Origin: Fluviicola sp.
GTDB taxonomy: Bacteria; Bacteroidota; Bacteroidia; Flavobacteriales_D; Crocinitomicaceae
NCBI GenBank assembly: GCA_002734085.1
Contig: NVXV01000001.1
Coordinates: 159,783 to 223,782, forward strand
DNA length: 64,000 bases
Direction: 5' to 3'
Below are positions 47,798 to 59,353 of this stretch, piece after piece. Under the pieces are notes generated by a model that was not told where the DNA came from, did no database searches, and worked only from the letters and a program-made list of their open reading frames with translations. Made by a program: the position numbers and the translations under genes. How positions within the stretch are numbered: position 1 is the first letter of the stretch; every line of letters begins with the position of its first letter.

Positions 47798-47832
47798 AAC
47801 TGTTTGTTGAATCTTATATACTACTTGATATT

Positions 47833-48579
47833 TTGAGTATTAAAACGATATTAGTATCACAACCAAAACCCGAAAACGATAAAAACCCGTACACTGCTCT
47901 GGCAGAAAAGTACAAGTTGAAAATCGATTTTCGTCCTTTCATTCACGTGGAAGGTGTTGACAAGTCTGAGTTTAGATCGCAACGTGTAGATTTAGCAGAT
48001 CATACGGCAGTGATTTTAACGTCTAAAACGGCGGTAGATCACTACTTTAGAATTGCTGAAGAATGCCGATTTGAAGTGCCCATCTCAATGAAATATTTTT
48101 GTATTTCTGAGGCAGTGGCGTATTATCTTCAAAAGTATGTTACCTATAGAAAGCGTAAAATCTTTCATGGGAAACAAACAATTGTCGACCTTATTGATGC
48201 GTTCAAAAAACACAAAAAAGAAAAGTTTATACTCCCTTGTTCTGACATACTTAGAGATAGTATTCCCAATACTTTAGATGAAAACGATATTAATTACTCG
48301 AAAGTAGTTCTATATAGAACAGTGGCTTCAGATTTGTCCGATTTAGAAGATGTATCATACGATATTCTCGTATTTTTCTCTCCTTCTGGAATTGAGTCCT
48401 TACTCAAAAATTTTCCTGATTTCAAACAAAATAAAACTAGAATTGCAGCATTTGGACCAACAACGGCTAAAGCAATTGTAGACAATAATTTGCGTTTAGA
48501 TATTCACGCGCCACAGCCACAGACTCCTTCAATGTCTATGGCAATTGAGCAATACATTAAGAGCGAAAAGAAAAAATAA
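47833..48579 (+). CDS. hemD: uroporphyrinogen-III synthase
   Basis: 248 aa. ILVSQPKPENDKNPY...VILTSKTAVDHYF...LVFFSPSGIESL fits the HemD two-lobed pattern. The start codon is TTG. Confidence 0.7.
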   Translation: MSIKTILVSQPKPENDKNPYTALAEKYKLKIDFRPFIHVEGVDKSEFRSQRVDLADHTAVILTSKTAVDHYFRIAEECRFEVPISMKYFCISEAVAYYLQKYVTYRKRKIFHGKQTIVDLIDAFKKHKKEKFILPCSDILRDSIPNTLDENDINYSKVVLYRTVASDLSDLEDVSYDILVFFSPSGIESLLKNFPDFKQNKTRIAAFGPTTAKAIVDNNLRLDIHAPQPQTPSMSMAIEQYIKSEKKK

Positions 48580-48597
48580 TATTCATTTTTTGAATTG

Positions 48598-48636
48598 AGA
48601 AACGTCATAAATTCATTTTTATGGCGTTTCTTTTTA
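48598..48636 (+). terminator. Rho-independent terminator after hemD
   Basis: A 14-bp stem AGAAACGTCATAAA/TTTATGGCGTTTCT (one G-U pair) with loop TTCATT, followed by TTTT. Confidence 0.65.
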
Positions 48637-48712
48637 TTAAATTTTATGATTCTTTCACTATAATCCTAAATTCGATTGTTCAGAAATCATTACTTTTACC
48701 TTTGAATTATAC

Positions 48713-51232
48713 GTGATGGCAAAGAAACAAGTAAAAGAAAAACCTAAGTTTAAAAAATCGATTTCAAACGGATTAATTATTCTTGTTTGGTTAGTTGGAC
48801 TTTTACCCCTTTTTGGAATACTTTATTTGCGCTACGTTCAAACGGACGATGAAAACCTCCCGTCTGAAGCAATGCTTGAGAACCAAGAGGAATTATTAGC
48901 CACTACCATTTACGCTGATGATGGTTTGACAGAATTAGGAAAATACTGGAAAGTAAACCGAACCAGTGTCAACTATGATGAGATTTCGCCTTACGTTATT
49001 TCTGCATTAATTGCAACTGAGGATGAACGTTATGAAGAGCATTCTGGTATTGATCCTAAAGCTGTCGCAAGAGCATTAATAAACATGGGGGAAGCTGGTG
49101 GTGCATCTACAATAACCCAGCAATTAGCAAAACTAATTTTTACATTAGCCCAACGTGAAGCAAAACGAAATGCTGAACTTCAAGGAGAGGTTCAAACCGC
49201 CGACGAAAAAGCCACTGAAAAGATGAGCGTTCTTGAAAAACGCCTCTATGAAAAAGTACAGGAAAATATTATCGCTCTTCGTCTAGAAAGAAGGTATACA
49301 AAAAGGGAGATCATTACAATGTATTTAAATCAATTCGATTTCTTACAGAATGCTGTTGGTATTGCATCCGCTTCTAAAGTATATTATAACAAAAAGCCAA
49401 TTGATTTGAATCCAGAAGAAGCAGCCATGTTGGTTGGAATGTGTAAAAATCCTGGATTATATAGCCCTTTCTCTTTTAAAACAAGAAATTATAGAGGTAT
49501 AATCGCTAGTAACAATAAGATTAAACCAAGTGAAGTTAGCGAAACACAAATCTCAAAAGAACGAGCTGAGGATTCGCTAAGAGCAGTAAGCAGGAGAAAC
49601 ACTGTGCTTTACAAATGGTATGAAAATTCAAAAAAAGACAATCCCGCATTAACGTCGAAAATCACCAAAAAAGAATACGATAGCTTAAAAACACTCCCTA
49701 TAATTACAGACTACCAAACAGTTGATCATAAAGAAGGACTCGCTCCTTACTTCAGAGAGTCTTTGAGAAGTGAACTTGCTAATATTTTATCGAAGAAAGA
49801 CGAAAAGGGAAATTACAAATACGCGAAAGCTAACGGTCAGCCTTACAGCATATATGAAGACGGTTTAAAAATATATACTACTATAGACCCTAACATTCAA
49901 AAGCACGCAGAAAATGCTTTAAAAAAGCATCTAAAAAAGAATTTACAAGAACCATTTACAGAAAACAACAAACGATCAAAAAAATTTCCTTTTGCCTACA
50001 ATATTGATGACGAAATAGTTGATCAATTAATGAATAGCGCAATAAAAAGGTCCGTTAGATATAAATCTGGATTAAAAAATGGTGTTCCAAAAGACGAGGT
50101 ACTAGCAGAGTTTGATAAACCTATTCAAATGAAAGTGTTTTCATGGGATGGAGAAATTGATACTGTTATGACCCCAAAAGACTCAATACGCTATTATAAG
50201 AATATCATGCGCGCCGGATTGGTGTCCATTGAACCACAAACTGGTTTTATCAAAGCTTGGGTTGGTGGTGCAGATATTAATCACTTCAGTTATGATCACG
50301 TTCGACAAGGAAAACGTCAGGTTGGCTCTACGATAAAACCTTTTATTTATTCTGCAGGGATGCGTTTTGGTGTGATTACACCTTGTGAAACGACTCCAAA
50401 TATAAGTTACTGTGTCGATGTCCAAAAAGGAGCAGAAATTACCGATATGGAATCTTGGTGTCCTCGAAACGCTGGAGTAGATATGGATGGAAAGCCTGTA
50501 ACTTTTGCAAAAGGTCTTGCAAACTCGATGAACAACATAACAGTTGCTGTTATGGCCAGAATGGGAGGAACTGCTGGACCAAATGCCGTGGCAAAATTAA
50601 TGCGAGATTTAAACATAGATATTAGAGATGAAGACGTTGTTCCTGCAATGTGCTTGGGTGTAATGGACCTATCTTTACTTGAAATGGTAGGCGCACAAAC
50701 AGCTTTTGTTAATAAAGGAATTTTTACAAAACCAACTTCTCTCTTGAGAATTGAAGACAGGCATGGAAATATTATATATGAACATACTCCTCAGTCTAAA
50801 GAAGTGATGTCAGAGGAACTAGCTTATGCAACACTATCTCTTATGCGAAATGTTGTACTTCACGGAACTGGAGCAAGTTTGAGGGGCTCTTGGAGAGGTG
50901 ATTGGGGAGGGGTGACTCAACCAACGGCAGGTAAAACGGGTACGACACAAAACAATGCTGATGGCTGGTTTATGGGACTTACTCCGGATTTAGTTACGGG
51001 TGTATGGGTCGGTGCTGAAGACATGGCTGTAAGGTTTAGATCTATGCAGTGGGGTCAAGGGGCTAGAATGGCACTTCCTATTTATGGATATATGATGCAA
51101 AACGTGTACAAAGACCCTAACATTCATATTTCAACAGAGGAATTTGAAGTTCCTTTTGGTTACGAAAATTCTATTTATAATTGTAAAAACAATAATCAGA
51201 ATAACAATAACGAAGAGTTACCTGAAATTTAA
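48713..51232 (+). CDS. mrcA: bifunctional class A penicillin-binding protein (PBP1A)
   Basis: Glycosyltransferase-51 motifs EDERYEEHSGID, GASTITQQLAK and RKxxE-like. Transpeptidase motifs STIKP, SMN and KTGTT. Confidence 0.9.
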   Translation: MMAKKQVKEKPKFKKSISNGLIILVWLVGLLPLFGILYLRYVQTDDENLPSEAMLENQEELLATTIYADDGLTELGKYWKVNRTSVNYDEISPYVISALIATEDERYEEHSGIDPKAVARALINMGEAGGASTITQQLAKLIFTLAQREAKRNAELQGEVQTADEKATEKMSVLEKRLYEKVQENIIALRLERRYTKREIITMYLNQFDFLQNAVGIASASKVYYNKKPIDLNPEEAAMLVGMCKNPGLYSPFSFKTRNYRGIIASNNKIKPSEVSETQISKERAEDSLRAVSRRNTVLYKWYENSKKDNPALTSKITKKEYDSLKTLPIITDYQTVDHKEGLAPYFRESLRSELANILSKKDEKGNYKYAKANGQPYSIYEDGLKIYTTIDPNIQKHAENALKKHLKKNLQEPFTENNKRSKKFPFAYNIDDEIVDQLMNSAIKRSVRYKSGLKNGVPKDEVLAEFDKPIQMKVFSWDGEIDTVMTPKDSIRYYKNIMRAGLVSIEPQTGFIKAWVGGADINHFSYDHVRQGKRQVGSTIKPFIYSAGMRFGVITPCETTPNISYCVDVQKGAEITDMESWCPRNAGVDMDGKPVTFAKGLANSMNNITVAVMARMGGTAGPNAVAKLMRDLNIDIRDEDVVPAMCLGVMDLSLLEMVGAQTAFVNKGIFTKPTSLLRIEDRHGNIIYEHTPQSKEVMSEELAYATLSLMRNVVLHGTGASLRGSWRGDWGGVTQPTAGKTGTTQNNADGWFMGLTPDLVTGVWVGAEDMAVRFRSMQWGQGARMALPIYGYMMQNVYKDPNIHISTEEFEVPFGYENSIYNCKNNNQNNNNEELPEI

Positions 51233-51247
51233 TAAAAATACGAAGTA

Positions 51248-51946
51248 ATGGACAAAACTGTAGAAAGCGCTGAAAAAGCATGTGAAGGAATTAAATCAGG
51301 AATGACATTAATGTTGGGTGGGTTCGGATTATGTGGAATTCCAGAAAACAGTATTGACCAATTGGTTAAAATGGGCGTTAAAGACTTAACCTGTATTTCA
51401 AACAATGCCGGAGTCGATGATTTCGGGCTGGGTTTATTACTACAAAAAAAACAAATTAAAAAAATGGTTTCTTCTTACGTAGGAGAAAATGATGAGTTTG
51501 AAAGACAAATGTTGTCAGGAGAACTTGAAGTGGATTTGATTCCTCAAGGATCACTTGCTGAACGTTGTCGCGCTGGAGGCGCTGGAATACCAGCCTTTTT
51601 TACACCTGCTGGGTATGGAACAGAAATCGCTGAAGGTAAGGAAGTCCGTGAATTTGACGGTAAGCCACACATTCTGGAAACGGCCTTAATTTCTGATTTT
51701 TCAATTGTTAAAGCATGGAAGGGTGATACAGAAGGGAATTTAATTTTCAAAGCAACAGCACGAAACTTCAATCCACTTATGGCTATGGCTGGAAAAATCA
51801 CTATCGCAGAAGTGGAAGAGTTAGTTCCCGCTGGAGAATTAGATCCAAATGAAATTCATACACCAGGTATTTTCGTGCAGCGTATTTTCAAAGGTGATAG
51901 ATTTGAAAAGCGTATCGAAAAAGTAACTACTCGTCCGAGAAATTAG
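51248..51946 (+). CDS. scoA: 3-oxoacid CoA-transferase subunit A
   Basis: [16 protein letters not shown]...SNNAG...SYVGEN...[28 protein letters not shown] is the canonical subunit A sequence pattern. Confidence 0.85.
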   Translation: MDKTVESAEKACEGIKSGMTLMLGGFGLCGIPENSIDQLVKMGVKDLTCISNNAGVDDFGLGLLLQKKQIKKMVSSYVGENDEFERQMLSGELEVDLIPQGSLAERCRAGGAGIPAFFTPAGYGTEIAEGKEVREFDGKPHILETALISDFSIVKAWKGDTEGNLIFKATARNFNPLMAMAGKITIAEVEELVPAGELDPNEIHTPGIFVQRIFKGDRFEKRIEKVTTRPRN

Positions 51947-54075
51947 AAGTTTATTCGAATTCCCGGTCCAATCAAATAGAAAAATTTGTCTTCATTAAGG
52001 AAGTAGCCCATTCCTGCGTATAGGGGGAATGAGAATTTTCTTTCCTTTCGAGTTGGATATACTGAACCCAGAATTACAATCCCAAGATCACGTTCTGCAT
52101 CTGGATTAAAGTTAAACGCATTTTTAGCTAAAAACCCTGCTCCAATTTTATAAGGTCTTAAACGCTGAATCTCTCCTTTTTGATAAAATGAAAATTGCGC
52201 CAACATCGATAGAGATATTCCACTTAAACCAGGAAACCCATCTACTCCAACTTTCTTAATAATTAACCCAGCAGGAATCGATAAATCAACATCAAAGGTG
52301 ACCCGTTTTTCTTTTATAATCTCAATTCTTTCCGTATAACCTTTTCCACCATACATGTTTTTACGGTGTTTAATAATCAACTCTATCGTACCCCAATTCT
52401 CCAAACCATGTGTCTTGTTCGAAACATAGTCGTTGATAGATATTGCTTCATTCATACAACCATCCGGACTTGTGTAAGAAAAGCTTCTAGGCGAAGAAGA
52501 GCCAGGGCAAATTACTATATCATCAATTACTTGTTTTTCAATTAATGCATTTGACCTGTCTTTAATTCGCACCTCTATTTCTAAAAACTGTTTACCGTAT
52601 AATTCATATCTCTCGTCTATAAAGAAGTCATCAAACTGAACCAAAACATCTCCAATTGTTCCACGGTGTAAAATAGGCTCTGTTACCGAGCTTGCAATTA
52701 CAGGCTTGCCTCCGAATTCTAATATGACAAAGTCTAATTCTCTAGGTCTCTGATATTCTATTATGTCTAAAGTTCGACCCGTTTTTTTGTCCTTATTATA
52801 AATATTCACAGCTTTTTTTCTAATATCAACTGGTACTCTCAATAAATAATGAGAAACGACCTCATTTTGAACAATACTATCCGTACTAATGTCCTGAAGA
52901 TCTTCAAAATTGAAGTCTGCTCGACTCAAAGATTCTCCTTCCAAACGAATTTCAACCGTTTCTCCTGGGTATATTTGATTTGAATTAATCCAGTTTCCTC
53001 CTTCTCGAAGAATACTGATAGATTTAATCTTTGGTTCATGAGCAATATCTATGTTCGTTATATATCGAGGAGTATCACCGTCTTTAATGAATAAATAACC
53101 CTCTGCAATTTTATGAAAATTGTACGGTCTAAACATACAAAGCACTTTGTCGTTGCTAAGTCTTCTCACCGTATAAAGCTCTGCAATTAGAGGTCCGCCT
53201 TTTTCATCTGTAGCTTCAACTCGATACGTCTTATTGATTTGTAATCCAGCATGATTATCTAATTGTAATTCATACCCTTCCTTTTGATCTCTTTTCCAAA
53301 CCACTTCTCTCTTATCAAATTGTAAAAAACTCAGTCTTGAACCTTTAACATTGAAGGTGAATTTTTGTGGTTCGAGTTTATACGTCGCTTTACCGTTCTC
53401 AATGTTTGGCCGATTTAAACGTATTGGAAGTTCAAATTCTAGTTCTCCGGAAACTGTTGGGAGAATTGATAGGGATAATTCGCCTTTCTTTCTATACAAC
53501 CTGTATTCATAATTATCTTTTTTTATCCACTTCGGGTTGACTGCGATATTCGCATCATTATTTGAAACGACAGGAATCACTTTTTCTTCACCTATAAAAA
53601 AGTCTCCATCACCTGGATAAATTGTTGCATACGTGTAAGTGTAAGGGAACAAAGGGATCGGCAAATGTTTCCCTTCTGTCAATAGAAAAATATTTAAAAA
53701 TTCACTTTGACTTAAATCTATAAACTGAACTTTACACTGATAATATCCATCAATCAACAGTACCAGACTATCAACTATTTCATATTCATTTGATTTTTTT
53801 AATGCATAACTTCTATCCTTTATATCATTTGGATTAGGATAGAATCTAAAAACTGCCACTGGATTGTCCTCCCTGTATTCAAATGCAAGTTTACGCTCCC
53901 CATTCTCGACATAGACATCACTATTTAAATTGTAAGTGTTCGTGTCTACAGAAACCTCGACATTACTAAAGTATTTATTTATTCCACTCTGTCTCTGTCC
54001 TAATAAAAATTGTGGTGCAAGAATAGTCAGCATTAAAACTAAAAAGTAAGTAATTTGCAGTTTTTTTATCAGCAT
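51943..54075 (-). CDS. large secreted or outer-membrane protein, function unknown
   Basis: 710 aa with a signal peptide. It is beta-rich, and the C-terminus ...[10 protein letters not shown] ends in Phe like OM beta-barrels. Confidence 0.4.
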   Translation of the reverse strand: MLIKKLQITYFLVLMLTILAPQFLLGQRQSGINKYFSNVEVSVDTNTYNLNSDVYVENGERKLAFEYREDNPVAVFRFYPNPNDIKDRSYALKKSNEYEIVDSLVLLIDGYYQCKVQFIDLSQSEFLNIFLLTEGKHLPIPLFPYTYTYATIYPGDGDFFIGEEKVIPVVSNNDANIAVNPKWIKKDNYEYRLYRKKGELSLSILPTVSGELEFELPIRLNRPNIENGKATYKLEPQKFTFNVKGSRLSFLQFDKREVVWKRDQKEGYELQLDNHAGLQINKTYRVEATDEKGGPLIAELYTVRRLSNDKVLCMFRPYNFHKIAEGYLFIKDGDTPRYITNIDIAHEPKIKSISILREGGNWINSNQIYPGETVEIRLEGESLSRADFNFEDLQDISTDSIVQNEVVSHYLLRVPVDIRKKAVNIYNKDKKTGRTLDIIEYQRPRELDFVILEFGGKPVIASSVTEPILHRGTIGDVLVQFDDFFIDERYELYGKQFLEIEVRIKDRSNALIEKQVIDDIVICPGSSSPRSFSYTSPDGCMNEAISINDYVSNKTHGLENWGTIELIIKHRKNMYGGKGYTERIEIIKEKRVTFDVDLSIPAGLIIKKVGVDGFPGLSGISLSMLAQFSFYQKGEIQRLRPYKIGAGFLAKNAFNFNPDAERDLGIVILGSVYPTRKERKFSFPLYAGMGYFLNEDKFFYLIGPGIRINF

Positions 54076-54184
54076 TTCAGTTTTTTTGAGCTTTGTGCAA
54101 AGATAGTTGAATTAATTTTTTCTCTGATTTAAATTAGACACTACTCTTGTAGTTTTAATAGTTGTAAATTGTATTTTTGTCTGT

Positions 54185-54952
54185 ATGACTAGAATTATTT
54201 CATTTAACGTTAACGGAATCCGAGCAATTATGAAAAAAGATTTTGCTCGTGACGTCGAACAAATGCAACCAGATATTCTTTGTTTGCAGGAAACCAAAGC
54301 ACAAAACGATCAGGTTCAAGAAGCACTGCAAAGTTTTGATTCCTATCATATATTCAGTAACTCTGCAATAAAGAAAGGGTATTCTGGAACGGCAATTTTA
54401 TCAAAAATGAAACCCCTAAACGTTGAAGTTGACATGGGAGTTGAGGAACACGACCAAGAAGGAAGAGTTATTGCAGCAGAATTTGATGATTACTTTTTGG
54501 TAACTGTATATGTTCCAAATTCGGGCAGTGAATTAAAAAGGCTCGACTATCGCACAACATGGGATCGGGCATTTCTAAACTATCTCAAAAATTTGGAGAA
54601 AAAGAAACCCGTCGTTGTTTGCGGAGATCTCAATGTAGCTCATAAAGAAATTGATTTGGCACGACCAAAAGCGAATTATAATAAACATGCAGGGTTTACA
54701 CAAAAGGAGATAGACGGGATGGATGCGTACACAGATAACGGCTTCGTAGACACCTTTCGTTTGATGCATCCCGAAGAGATAAAATATTCCTGGTGGAGCT
54801 ACCGAGGTGGAGCAAGAGACAGGAATGTTGGCTGGAGAATAGATTATTTCCTTATAAGCGAATCCATCAAAAATCAGGTCACTAAAGCTGAGATCTTAAA
54901 CGAAATTAAAGGTTCTGACCATTGTCCTGTTCTTATAGAACTTGAAAAGTAA
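54185..54952 (+). CDS. xth: exodeoxyribonuclease III
   Basis: ISFNVNGIRA, ILCLQETK, VVCGDLNVAH, WSYRGGARDRNVGWRIDYF and SDHCPV are the EEP/ExoIII motifs. Confidence 0.9.
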   Translation: MTRIISFNVNGIRAIMKKDFARDVEQMQPDILCLQETKAQNDQVQEALQSFDSYHIFSNSAIKKGYSGTAILSKMKPLNVEVDMGVEEHDQEGRVIAAEFDDYFLVTVYVPNSGSELKRLDYRTTWDRAFLNYLKNLEKKKPVVVCGDLNVAHKEIDLARPKANYNKHAGFTQKEIDGMDAYTDNGFVDTFRLMHPEEIKYSWWSYRGGARDRNVGWRIDYFLISESIKNQVTKAEILNEIKGSDHCPVLIELEK

Positions 54953-54995
54953 GTCTTTATATGTATTTTCGTCGTATATAAGATAAAACATTCTA

Positions 54996-56069
54996 ATGAA
55001 GCGACTTCTTCTTCTATTTTTTCTCTTATCTCCATTTTTCGGAGTAACACAGAAAAAGGACACCCTCGCTTTTAAGCCTAATATTGTTGGAGTTCCAATT
55101 TTGTTTTATGGACCTGAAACACGACTGGGTTTTGGAGCCGCTGGATTTTTTACTTTTAAGTTAAATAAGTTTGATACTGTATCACGTCCCTCACAGATAA
55201 ATCTTGGTGGCGCCTATACCCTAGAGAAACAGGTTCTCTCCTATGCATCTTTTGATTTATGGACATCAAGTAACAACTATAACATCACCGGTGAAATTGG
55301 TTACTATCGATACTTCTATGACTTCTGGGGGGTAGGGACTGAACCAAAAAAAATTGAACGCTATTCTTTGATTTATCCTCGTTTAAGATTAGAAGCAGTT
55401 AGAAAAATATTTACTGGACTATATGCTGGGGTGAAATATACGTTTGATGATTTTGACATTACAGAAAGAGAGGAAGGCGGGAGGCTTATACAAAATTTAT
55501 ATCCTGGAACCAAGGGAGGAACTATATCTGGTTTAGGAGGGATAGTTAAATACGATACAAGAAACAATAATTTCTATCCTACAAATGGCTATAAATTACT
55601 TGCAAGCTTTGAACGATTCGACAAAATAATTGGTAGTGACTTCAACTATAATCTGACTTGGATTAATCTCATCCGATATTTCGACTTAAAAAAAGACAAA
55701 GTAATTGCAGCAAATATTTATGGTCGATTTTCACAAGGAAGTATTCCATTTTTCCATATGTCACAAATAGGAGGAAATAAAAGAATGAGGGGTTATTATG
55801 AAGGCTATCATCGCGACAAACAAATGATTGGATGGCAAGTAGAATATCGAATGCCTGTCATCTGGAGACTTGGATTTGTTGCTTTCGCTGGAAATGCTAT
55901 TGTAAGTGAGACAATCAGTAAATTTGCAATTCAAAATACAAAAACGACCATAGGAACGGGAATTCGATTTAAACTAGATAAAGAGAGAAATGTTAATTTG
56001 CGAATAGATTACGGATACTCCAGTGACAACACATCTGGATTTTATTTAACTATTGGAGAGGCTTTTTAA
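54996..56069 (+). CDS. Omp85/surface-antigen (D15) family outer-membrane beta-barrel protein
   Basis: Signal peptide, GGNKRMRGYYEGYHRDK (the G.xx.RG[FY] motif) and a terminal ...FYLTIGEAF. Confidence 0.55.
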   Translation: MKRLLLLFFLLSPFFGVTQKKDTLAFKPNIVGVPILFYGPETRLGFGAAGFFTFKLNKFDTVSRPSQINLGGAYTLEKQVLSYASFDLWTSSNNYNITGEIGYYRYFYDFWGVGTEPKKIERYSLIYPRLRLEAVRKIFTGLYAGVKYTFDDFDITEREEGGRLIQNLYPGTKGGTISGLGGIVKYDTRNNNFYPTNGYKLLASFERFDKIIGSDFNYNLTWINLIRYFDLKKDKVIAANIYGRFSQGSIPFFHMSQIGGNKRMRGYYEGYHRDKQMIGWQVEYRMPVIWRLGFVAFAGNAIVSETISKFAIQNTKTTIGTGIRFKLDKERNVNLRIDYGYSSDNTSGFYLTIGEAF

Positions 56070-56074
56070 CTCAT

Positions 56075-59000
56075 CTAGACACGTACACCAAAAACACAAA
56101 CATCATCAATTTGATCAAGATTTCCACGCCATTCATCGAATGTTTCTTTCAGAATTTCTCGTTGCTCTTTCATCGGAAGATCAGAAATTTCTATTAACAA
56201 GTTCTTAAATGGCTTCGATTTAAATTTCTTACCTCCTTTTTCCCTAGCCGATTTGTTTTTACCACCAAACTGATCAATATAACCATCCGTGTAAAGGTAT
56301 ACACAATCTCCTTTTTGAAGTTGAATCGTATGATTTGTAAAAGGCTCTAGTTTCTCAAAATCTCCTATTGGTTGCTTATCTGCTTTTACTTCAATAATTG
56401 TTTTGTCTCTAACAATAACTAATGGATTATTAGCCCCCGCATAACTTAATTCAAGTGTATCTACATCTAAACTTGCTAGTGCCAGGTCCATTCCATCTTT
56501 TACATCATTTGTACCTTGTGCCTTGAAAGCTTCAATTACCAATTCTCGAAGTTTATTCAAAATTTCAGCTGGTTGAGACAAGCCAAACTCGTTCGTAGAA
56601 CGTACTAAAGCGTTATTTCCAACAATACTAACAAATGCGCCGGGCACACCATGTCCCGTACAATCCACTGCAGACCAAATCACTTTATTTCCAAATTTTC
56701 TAGCCCAATAAAAATCTCCTGAAACTATATCTTTTGGCAAATAGTAGACAAATGAATCATTAAAATAGGTTGATAGAATTTCAGGCGATGTTAAAATAGT
56801 ATTTTGAATACGTTTCGCATATTTTATACTACTTAATAAATCTTCGTTGATTTCAAAGATTTCATTCTTTTGTTGTTCTAAGACATTATTTTGCTTAGCA
56901 ATTTCTTTCGTTCTCTCCTTAACCGTTTCTTCGAGTAATTTGTTCTTTTGTTTAACTCTATAAATACTTATTCGAGTGGTTATAAATATGATAAGAAGGA
57001 ATCCAGCAATATAAGAAGTGTACGCCCACCATGTCATATACCACGGTGGCAAAATTGTAAATGTGTAACTATACACTTTGCTTTCAACATCATAAAAGTT
57101 TTTACCTTGAATTTCAAAAGTATATGTCCCAGGAGATAACTGATCAAAAACTTTGTAGTTCGTACTTTCATACTTTGACCAATTATCGGATAACCCGGCT
57201 AAACGAGATCTATACAACACATTTCCACCATTAAAGTAAGCAGAACTACTTAAGTTAAAACGAATCGGATTCCCGTGCTCAATAGGTTTCACAATTGATG
57301 ATTCTTCAGGAATGTTTGCCACCTTACTTCCTGAAATAACTATTTCATTGATATAGACAGACCATTCTTTGTGAACATTCTGTATTTTACTTTCATCAAA
57401 AGCAATTAAGCCATTTGCAGAACCAAAATATAATAACCCATTTATAAATTTAATATCATAAACAGCTCCTCTCTCTAAATTTTTACTTTTAACATTTGTC
57501 CAATGAAGCTTTCCCCCTTCGCTTGGTTCAAGATAACCCACAAACTTTTCAGAGTTATCATCTGTGGTCTCATCAATAATAAAAGTCCAAAGCTGATTTT
57601 TGACAGGATGCTTGTATAATCGGTGAAAATTCAACTCTTTATTTTCAAAAGACAAGTTTTCAACGTTTACCAAAACAACTGAATCATTTTTTACCTTCAA
57701 AAGCCCCTCACCAAAACCAATATAAACTATATCATTCATTTTTGAAAGATATAAGTGAGACTTGTCTAAGGCTAAATCCTCTTGGATTTTCAGTTTTTTA
57801 ATCCCATTATTTTTATCAATAGCGTAAACTCCTTTACCTTTAACTCCGAAGTATACTAAACCATTGGCCTCCTCAAATTTTATAATATCGGCTGGAAAAT
57901 CTTTTACTATCTCAAATTTCCACCCACCTTCATCAATCGTATATTTCCCTAAAAATCTTTCTCCTCCAACAAATATTTCGTTCCTATTAAAAGGAGATTG
58001 AAACAATTCCCATCCATAAAGATCTTTTGTAACTTTTATTGCTTGTTTTTCAAAATCTATAATCTCATAAATCCCACTATATCCAACAACCAATATTTTT
58101 CTGCCAAAATCAGTTTCAAATGATTTAATATCAAAAGTAGATTCGTTTATTGTATTGGTGTTTGGAAACATCAATCGATTCGATTCTCTCAAACTTTTAA
58201 AGATGCCTGAACGTGACGCAATAACTAAACGATCATCAATTTGCTCTATGGTTTCTACAACCCCTTCAAGACCATACATTCTATCCCATGTTGAAGTCGG
58301 GGAAGAAAATTCAATTGATGATATGCCGTTGTCTAAATTTAGCCACAAATTGTTGTCTTTATCAAAGAAAAACCGAAATACATTTAAATCTTGAAGTTCC
58401 TCTTTATCACCAAACACCCTGAGTAGATCTCCTTTTAAATTATATATGGCGATGCCATGATTTTCAGTTGCTGACCATATTAAATTGTCATGAAATTTTA
58501 CTGAATTCACTCTTAATGTTTCGCCGTCAATTTTTTCAAGAGAGTATGCAAAAGACAAAGAATTATTTAGCCTGTTATACTTATAAACCTGCCCATGATA
58601 ACCATATAAATAATGAGTCCCATCTATTAAACAACTGTTTCTAAAATAGTAGGTCGTTTTCTCAGTAGAAAATTTTGTTTTCGTGTATGAATTAGAATTG
58701 AAGTCGAACTTAAAAATCGCTTTTTCTCCGTAGAGATTAATCAATGAGTCTTTGTTATATTTCATACAAAGTAAGACACCATCTTCAACAGCAATACTCG
58801 TTTGAATTTCTCCATCAGAAATACTTTTAACAAGGTTCACCTCTTTGGTCGTATTATCAGCTGGATTGTAGACTAAAATCACTGATGTGGAGACAAAGTA
58901 AATGAGATTTTTTTTATCTTCATAAATCGACCATACTTTGATCAACGATTCATCATAGTGAAATGGTGTATAAACATGCTCTCCTGCATTGTTATAATGA

Positions 59001-59353
59001 ATTTTTCCTAATGAATTATCTCGTGCAACATAACACGTAGAGTCTGAAGAAATATAAAAAGACCTAACTGGTTTCTCTTTTATTTGATTTTTCGTGTACG
59101 TTGAATCTTCTGGGTTTTTATGAACAAAAGACCAATCTTTTCCGTTAAATCTTAATATATTTTCCTCATTTCCAAACAAAAACACACCGTACTCTACTTG
59201 AGTTCCACACCAAATTTGGGAAGGAGAATTAAAGTCGTCACTGGTGTAATTATTTACAGGAAAATATCCATTAATATGTCTCTCCTGAGATAGCAAAACT
59301 GAATTGCTCAAGATTATTACAAAAAGAAAGGATATTATAAAACTTCTTAACAT
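56075..59353 (-). CDS. sensor protein: periplasmic two-component-regulator beta-propeller/Y_Y_Y domain, TM, coiled coil, and PP2C-type SpoIIE phosphatase
   Basis: 1092 aa with long propeller-like repeats, then PGTYTFEIQGKN (Y_Y_Y-like) and the TM WWAYTSYIAGFLLIIFI. The C-terminus SGDFYW...AVDCTGHGVPGA...DGMDLAL...LYTDGYIDQ matches PP2C/SpoIIE motifs. Confidence 0.8.
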   Translation of the reverse strand: MLRSFIISFLFVIILSNSVLLSQERHINGYFPVNNYTSDDFNSPSQIWCGTQVEYGVFLFGNEENILRFNGKDWSFVHKNPEDSTYTKNQIKEKPVRSFYISSDSTCYVARDNSLGKIHYNNAGEHVYTPFHYDESLIKVWSIYEDKKNLIYFVSTSVILVYNPADNTTKEVNLVKSISDGEIQTSIAVEDGVLLCMKYNKDSLINLYGEKAIFKFDFNSNSYTKTKFSTEKTTYYFRNSCLIDGTHYLYGYHGQVYKYNRLNNSLSFAYSLEKIDGETLRVNSVKFHDNLIWSATENHGIAIYNLKGDLLRVFGDKEELQDLNVFRFFFDKDNNLWLNLDNGISSIEFSSPTSTWDRMYGLEGVVETIEQIDDRLVIASRSGIFKSLRESNRLMFPNTNTINESTFDIKSFETDFGRKILVVGYSGIYEIIDFEKQAIKVTKDLYGWELFQSPFNRNEIFVGGERFLGKYTIDEGGWKFEIVKDFPADIIKFEEANGLVYFGVKGKGVYAIDKNNGIKKLKIQEDLALDKSHLYLSKMNDIVYIGFGEGLLKVKNDSVVLVNVENLSFENKELNFHRLYKHPVKNQLWTFIIDETTDDNSEKFVGYLEPSEGGKLHWTNVKSKNLERGAVYDIKFINGLLYFGSANGLIAFDESKIQNVHKEWSVYINEIVISGSKVANIPEESSIVKPIEHGNPIRFNLSSSAYFNGGNVLYRSRLAGLSDNWSKYESTNYKVFDQLSPGTYTFEIQGKNFYDVESKVYSYTFTILPPWYMTWWAYTSYIAGFLLIIFITTRISIYRVKQKNKLLEETVKERTKEIAKQNNVLEQQKNEIFEINEDLLSSIKYAKRIQNTILTSPEILSTYFNDSFVYYLPKDIVSGDFYWARKFGNKVIWSAVDCTGHGVPGAFVSIVGNNALVRSTNEFGLSQPAEILNKLRELVIEAFKAQGTNDVKDGMDLALASLDVDTLELSYAGANNPLVIVRDKTIIEVKADKQPIGDFEKLEPFTNHTIQLQKGDCVYLYTDGYIDQFGGKNKSAREKGGKKFKSKPFKNLLIEISDLPMKEQREILKETFDEWRGNLDQIDDVCVFGVRV

